A stretch of DNA of 64,000 bases from Methanomassiliicoccales archaeon (lineage in GTDB: Archaea; Thermoplasmatota; Thermoplasmata; Methanomassiliicoccales; UBA472), in contig JBFYNB010000001.1 in NCBI GenBank assembly GCA_041304605.1, forward strand, positions 9,469-73,468, in the 5' to 3' direction. This document shows, one piece after another, positions 60,285 through 64,000 of the stretch. Both the position numbers and the translations under genes were made by a program. The stretch's first letter is position 1, and the number at the start of each line of letters is the position of its first letter. Below the pieces are notes generated by a model. It was given only the letters and a program-made list of their open reading frames with translations, searched no databases and was not told where the DNA came from.

Positions 60285-62239
60285 AGGCCCAGGGCCGCCC
60301 TCTTGGTCTCGATGTGGTCGAAGAGTATGGCCGCGGCCTTCTTCGGGTCAGGCTCCACCCAGAACTTGGCCTTCACCGCCCCGTCCAGGTCCTCCGTGAG
60401 CATCTTGATCACGTTGGGCGAACCGCTGATCTTGGGCATGACCCCCAGCGCCACGCTGATGCCGCTTCCAACGAAGTAGGCGCCGATCGACACGGCCTTG
60501 GGCGAGTACCATTCCGGCGCAGCGCCGGCCACTGGCAGCTGGTCTATGCGCACGCCGGCCAGATTGGCAAGCTCGGCCGCCAGGACCAGTATGCGGGTGT
60601 TGTCCACGCAGGAACCCATATGCAGCACCGGCGGAATGCCCAGCGAACGACACACGTTGCCCAGGGACTTTCCGGCCAGGTCGGCCGCCTCCGGCTTCAT
60701 CAGCCCGGCCTCGGCGCAGGCGATGGCAGCGCACCCGGTCTCCACCACTATGATGTTGCGGCGGATCAGTTCCTTGGCCAGGGTTATGTGCCCGTAGTCC
60801 TGCTTGATCTTGGGGTTGTTGCAGCCCACGATGCCCACGCAGCCCCTGATCTTGCCCTCCAATATCAGGTCCAGCAGGGGCTTGAGCGTTCCTCCCAAGG
60901 CGGCCCGCAGGGCCTCCACGGAGAATCCCACCACCGCGTCCACCGGCTTGTTGGGTATGAACACCCGCTCCGGTACCCGGTTCTTGAAGTTGTCCACGGC
61001 TATGGCCACCATGCGCTTGGCCTGCTCGAAGGCGTTCTCCGGGTTTACCTCGAGATAGTATCCACCGGGGATCTTGGCCTTGGGGGAGGTGGTTATCACC
61101 TTGGTGTGGTAGCAGGCCGCGGTGTTGGGCAGGGACGGGAATATGCACTGGTAGTCAACGATCATGACCTCCAACGCTCCGGTGGTTATCACCAGCTCTT
61201 GGCTCAGATGGTTGCCTGCCTGCGGTACGCCCTTGCGCATCAGCAGTTCGTTGCCGGTGCAGCATAGCCCCACCAGGTTGATTCCTTTGGCCCCGGCCTC
61301 CTCGGCCCTCTTCTTCATCTCTGGAAGGGCGGCCGCCTTGACCACCATCTCCGAGAGCACCGGGTTGTGCCCGTGCAGGGAGATGTTCACCTGGTCTTGC
61401 TTGAGCACGCCCAGGTTGACCCGGCTGTTGCGTATGCTCGGCGTCCCGAACAGGATGTCGCTGGCCTCAGTGCCTATCATCGAGCCGCCCCATCCGTCCC
61501 CCAGCGAGGCCCTGACCCCCTGGCCCAGGATGTTCTTGTAATCGGCGCCCACGCCCATGTGCACCATGTGCATGGCCTCCACTATCTCCCGGTCGATGGA
61601 GCGAGGCATCAGACCCGCATCGTCCAGCATTTGGATGGTGCCTTTGGGCATGCGCTTGGCCATGCTAAGTTGGCCCTTGATCGTCCCGTACTCCTCCAGC
61701 ATGGCCAAGGCCAGATGCTCGGCCACCTTCTCCAATGGGCCGTCGGTGCCTATCCCGTACTCTTTGGCCACGGCCAGGAGCTTGTCCTTGTCCGCGATGC
61801 CATACATCGGGGCCTCCCCGCGCGCGGCCAGCAGAAGGGTCTCCGCCACTTCCCGTCCATGGTCGGAGTGCGCCGCCGCTCCGGTGGATATCTGGTCCAG
61901 CAGGTTCCTGGACACGATGAGGTCCGCTCCGGCCCCGCAAACCCCTCTGCTCTTGGTATCTCCTATGATGCGGCAGGGGCCCATGGCGCAGCGCTGGCAG
62001 GAAAGCCCTGATTCGCAGAACTTGCAATGGGGCTGCTGCTTCTCCAAACGGTCCCAGACCGTCTCCACCCCTTCCAGCATGGTCTTGGTCAGGACCTCCT
62101 TCACCGAAGGGTCCATGGCCCTCTCCTCCACCTTGGCCGGGATCTTATCCGGAGTAGTGTGCTCAGGAGGCGTTCGTATGCATTCCACTGTTATTATCTC
62201 CAGCTCTGGATCATCTGACATTGGACCACCTTCCGCCAT
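60281..62239 (-). CDS. cooS: Anaerobic Ni,Fe carbon monoxide dehydrogenase catalytic subunit
   Basis: Track ORF, 652 aa. N-terminal cluster ligands CKFCESGLSCQRCAMGPCRI. CooS/HCP-family architecture. Alternative start at ATG 62221. Confidence 0.9.
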   Translation of the reverse strand: MAEGGPMSDDPELEIITVECIRTPPEHTTPDKIPAKVEERAMDPSVKEVLTKTMLEGVETVWDRLEKQQPHCKFCESGLSCQRCAMGPCRIIGDTKSRGVCGAGADLIVSRNLLDQISTGAAAHSDHGREVAETLLLAARGEAPMYGIADKDKLLAVAKEYGIGTDGPLEKVAEHLALAMLEEYGTIKGQLSMAKRMPKGTIQMLDDAGLMPRSIDREIVEAMHMVHMGVGADYKNILGQGVRASLGDGWGGSMIGTEASDILFGTPSIRNSRVNLGVLKQDQVNISLHGHNPVLSEMVVKAAALPEMKKRAEEAGAKGINLVGLCCTGNELLMRKGVPQAGNHLSQELVITTGALEVMIVDYQCIFPSLPNTAACYHTKVITTSPKAKIPGGYYLEVNPENAFEQAKRMVAIAVDNFKNRVPERVFIPNKPVDAVVGFSVEALRAALGGTLKPLLDLILEGKIRGCVGIVGCNNPKIKQDYGHITLAKELIRRNIIVVETGCAAIACAEAGLMKPEAADLAGKSLGNVCRSLGIPPVLHMGSCVDNTRILVLAAELANLAGVRIDQLPVAGAAPEWYSPKAVSIGAYFVGSGISVALGVMPKISGSPNVIKMLTEDLDGAVKAKFWVEPDPKKAAAILFDHIETKRAALGL

Positions 62240-62341
62240 CCAAACGATGGTTATGCGAAAAACTTGGTTTCCGGCCTATAATAAACTGTCCATTTTTCCT
62301 CTGACGGCAAGGTTATATTGAACGAACCCATTCCACGCCCG

Positions 62342-64000
62342 ATGGAGCGATCCAAGGTATTCATAGGCGTGGCCTGGCCTTACGCCAACAGCGCGATCCA
62401 CCTGGGGCACGTGGCCGGTTCTTTACTTCCCCCCGACATCTTCTCCCGTTATCACAAGATGCGCGGAGACCGCGTGCTCATGGTCTCCGGTTCCGACCAG
62501 CACGGAACGCCGGTCACGGTTCGCGCGGACAAGGAGGGCTCGACCCCGCAGCAGGTGGCCGACCGCTATCACGAGGTGAACAAGAAGGCCATCGAGGACC
62601 TGGGCATCGAGTTCTCCCTCTTTACAAAAACTCACACCGAGAACCACGTTCAGGTGGTCCAGGAGATATTCACCAACCTTCTTAACAAGGGGCACCTGGA
62701 GCAGAGGGAGACCCTGCAGTACTTCTGCCCCACCTGCGACAAGTTCCTGCCCGACCGGTACGTGGAAGGGAGATGCGTCAAATGCGGCAACGAGAACAGC
62801 CGCAGCGACCAATGCGACAGGTGCGGAACAACGTTCGAAGTGGGCGAGATAGCCGATCCGATATGCATCACCTGCAAGAGCCGCCCGGAGATGCGAGAGA
62901 CCAGGCATTACTTCTTCAAGCTCACCGATTTCGAACAGCCGCTCCTATCTTACGTTCAGGGGAGCAAGCACTGGCGTTCCAACGTCCAGCTGTTCACCCA
63001 GAACTGGCTGGAGTCCGGGCTCAAGGACCGCCCCATCACCAGGGACATGTCCTGGGGCGTTCCGGTACCACTTCCCGGATCGGAAGGAAAGGTCATCTAC
63101 GTCTGGTTCGAGGCGGTCATCGGCTACCTCTCGGCAAGCAAGGAATGGGCCAAGGCCACCGGGGACCCGGACGCCTGGAAGGAGTTCTGGACCGATCCCT
63201 CGGTGAAGGGCTACTACTTCCTGGGCAAGGACAACATCCCGTTCCACACCATCATCTGGCCTTCCATCCTGATGGGCTACGGCGGTCTCAATCTTCCGTA
63301 CGACGTCCCGGCCAATGAGTTCCTCACGTTCAAGGGTGAGAAGCTCAGCAAGAGCAAGGGGCCGTCCATCGACATACCGAGCATACTCAAGCAGTTCGAC
63401 GCGGACCAGCTCAGGTACTATCTGGCCACCAACATGCCGGAGGGCAAGGACGCTGACTTCTCCTGGGAGGACTTCGAGACCAAGGTCAACAACGAGCTGG
63501 TCGCCACGCTCGGCAACTACTTCCACCGGGTGCTCAGCTTCACCCATAAGAACTACCGCGAGGTCCCGCCGTCAGCGGACGGGCTGGAGGCCGAGGCGAA
63601 GCAGGTGGAGGAGGCCATCGCCATGGCCGTGGCCGAGGTGGAAACCAACCTCTCGACCTGCCAGTTCAAGAAAGGTCTCAAGGCCATAATGGACCTGGCC
63701 CAGTTCGGGAACCGCTTCTTCGATGCCTGCGCCCCCTGGAGCCTGCTGAAGACCGACCGCGCCAAGTGCGGCGGGGTGCTCCATCTGAACCTGAAGATCG
63801 TGCAGGCCTTGGCCGTGCTCGGGTTCCCCTACCTGCCTTTCACCACCCAGAAGCTGTGGGGATACCTGGCCAACGATGGAGCGCTTGGCGAAGGGTCCTG
63901 GGAGCTTATCGGGAAGGACCTGAACGTCGGCCGGGCGCTTCCCGAGCCGAAACCGCTGTACCGCAAGGTGGAGATCCAGAGGGAGGAATCGGTGTTCTCT
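62342..64000 (+). CDS. metG: Methionyl-tRNA synthetase, 3' end cut by the window edge (not in the ORF track because no stop lies inside the window)
   Basis: My own translation from ATG 62342 gives MERSKVFIGVAWPYANSAIHLGHVAG (HIGH variant). Zinc knuckles CPTC...CVKC...CDRC...CITC. KMSKS variant KLSKSKG. The frame is open to nt 64000. Confidence 0.9.
   Translation, partial: MERSKVFIGVAWPYANSAIHLGHVAGSLLPPDIFSRYHKMRGDRVLMVSGSDQHGTPVTVRADKEGSTPQQVADRYHEVNKKAIEDLGIEFSLFTKTHTENHVQVVQEIFTNLLNKGHLEQRETLQYFCPTCDKFLPDRYVEGRCVKCGNENSRSDQCDRCGTTFEVGEIADPICITCKSRPEMRETRHYFFKLTDFEQPLLSYVQGSKHWRSNVQLFTQNWLESGLKDRPITRDMSWGVPVPLPGSEGKVIYVWFEAVIGYLSASKEWAKATGDPDAWKEFWTDPSVKGYYFLGKDNIPFHTIIWPSILMGYGGLNLPYDVPANEFLTFKGEKLSKSKGPSIDIPSILKQFDADQLRYYLATNMPEGKDADFSWEDFETKVNNELVATLGNYFHRVLSFTHKNYREVPPSADGLEAEAKQVEEAIAMAVAEVETNLSTCQFKKGLKAIMDLAQFGNRFFDACAPWSLLKTDRAKCGGVLHLNLKIVQALAVLGFPYLPFTTQKLWGYLANDGALGEGSWELIGKDLNVGRALPEPKPLYRKVEIQREESVFS

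Noticed and set aside
1-64000. CRISPR arrays, IS elements, integrases, prophage genes, rRNA, and in-frame TAG (pyrrolysine) or TGA recoding sites
   Set aside because: Reading both strands, I found no repeat-spacer pattern, no transposase or integrase-like ORF and no rRNA-like sequence. No recognised gene appears split by a single in-frame stop. This is a visual survey only, so a covariance-model or repeat-finder run could still find small elements.

Overview
GC-rich (about 60% by eye) archaeal chromosome segment, densely coding on both strands. I call about 60 CDS and 2 tRNAs. I saw no rRNA, CRISPR array, transposase or integrase. Archaeal hallmarks are ribosomal protein L10e/uL16, RNase P Rpp21, Dph2, ABCE1, an archaeal-type ThrRS, a ThiD-ThiN fusion and isoprenoid-lipid genes. 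FprA, CooS/CooC, an F390-synthetase-like ligase and an MtxX-like protein suggest an anaerobic, methanogen-related euryarchaeon, possibly Methanomassiliicoccales/Thermoplasmata-like; this taxonomic guess is inference only. Most of the window is housekeeping: a lipid operon facing mvk; serS, rnp4, yhbY and rpl10e; dph2; queD-queC-queE; a leuA/cimA-leuCDB operon; thrS; thiDN; argHG and argCJBD; amt-glnK; an O2-detoxification cluster; ABCE1; cooS-cooC; metG. Three small genes lie below the ORF-track cutoff and I read them directly from the sequence: a 57-aa 2x[4Fe-4S] ferredoxin between the radical-SAM gene and the geranylgeranyl reductase, a 39-aa desulforedoxin next to fprA, and a 15-codon Ile-rich leader-like ORF in front of the leu operon. 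The observations most worth a second look are: (1) that Ile/Val/Leu leader peptide with a hairpin and T-tract, a possible attenuator in an archaeon; (2) a 1387-aa membrane-anchored acidic protein whose only recognisable domain is an embedded lamin-tail domain, flanked by a TrmB-like regulator and a hyper-acidic mini-protein, with a shared ATTGTAGCT/palindrome motif; (3) the Tes-like radical SAM / ferredoxin / GGR lipid operon; (4) fprA-desulforedoxin-PHP and a DGC / disulfide-reductase pair; (5) an orphan cooS-cooC. All functional calls rest on motif recognition by eye. No database search was run.
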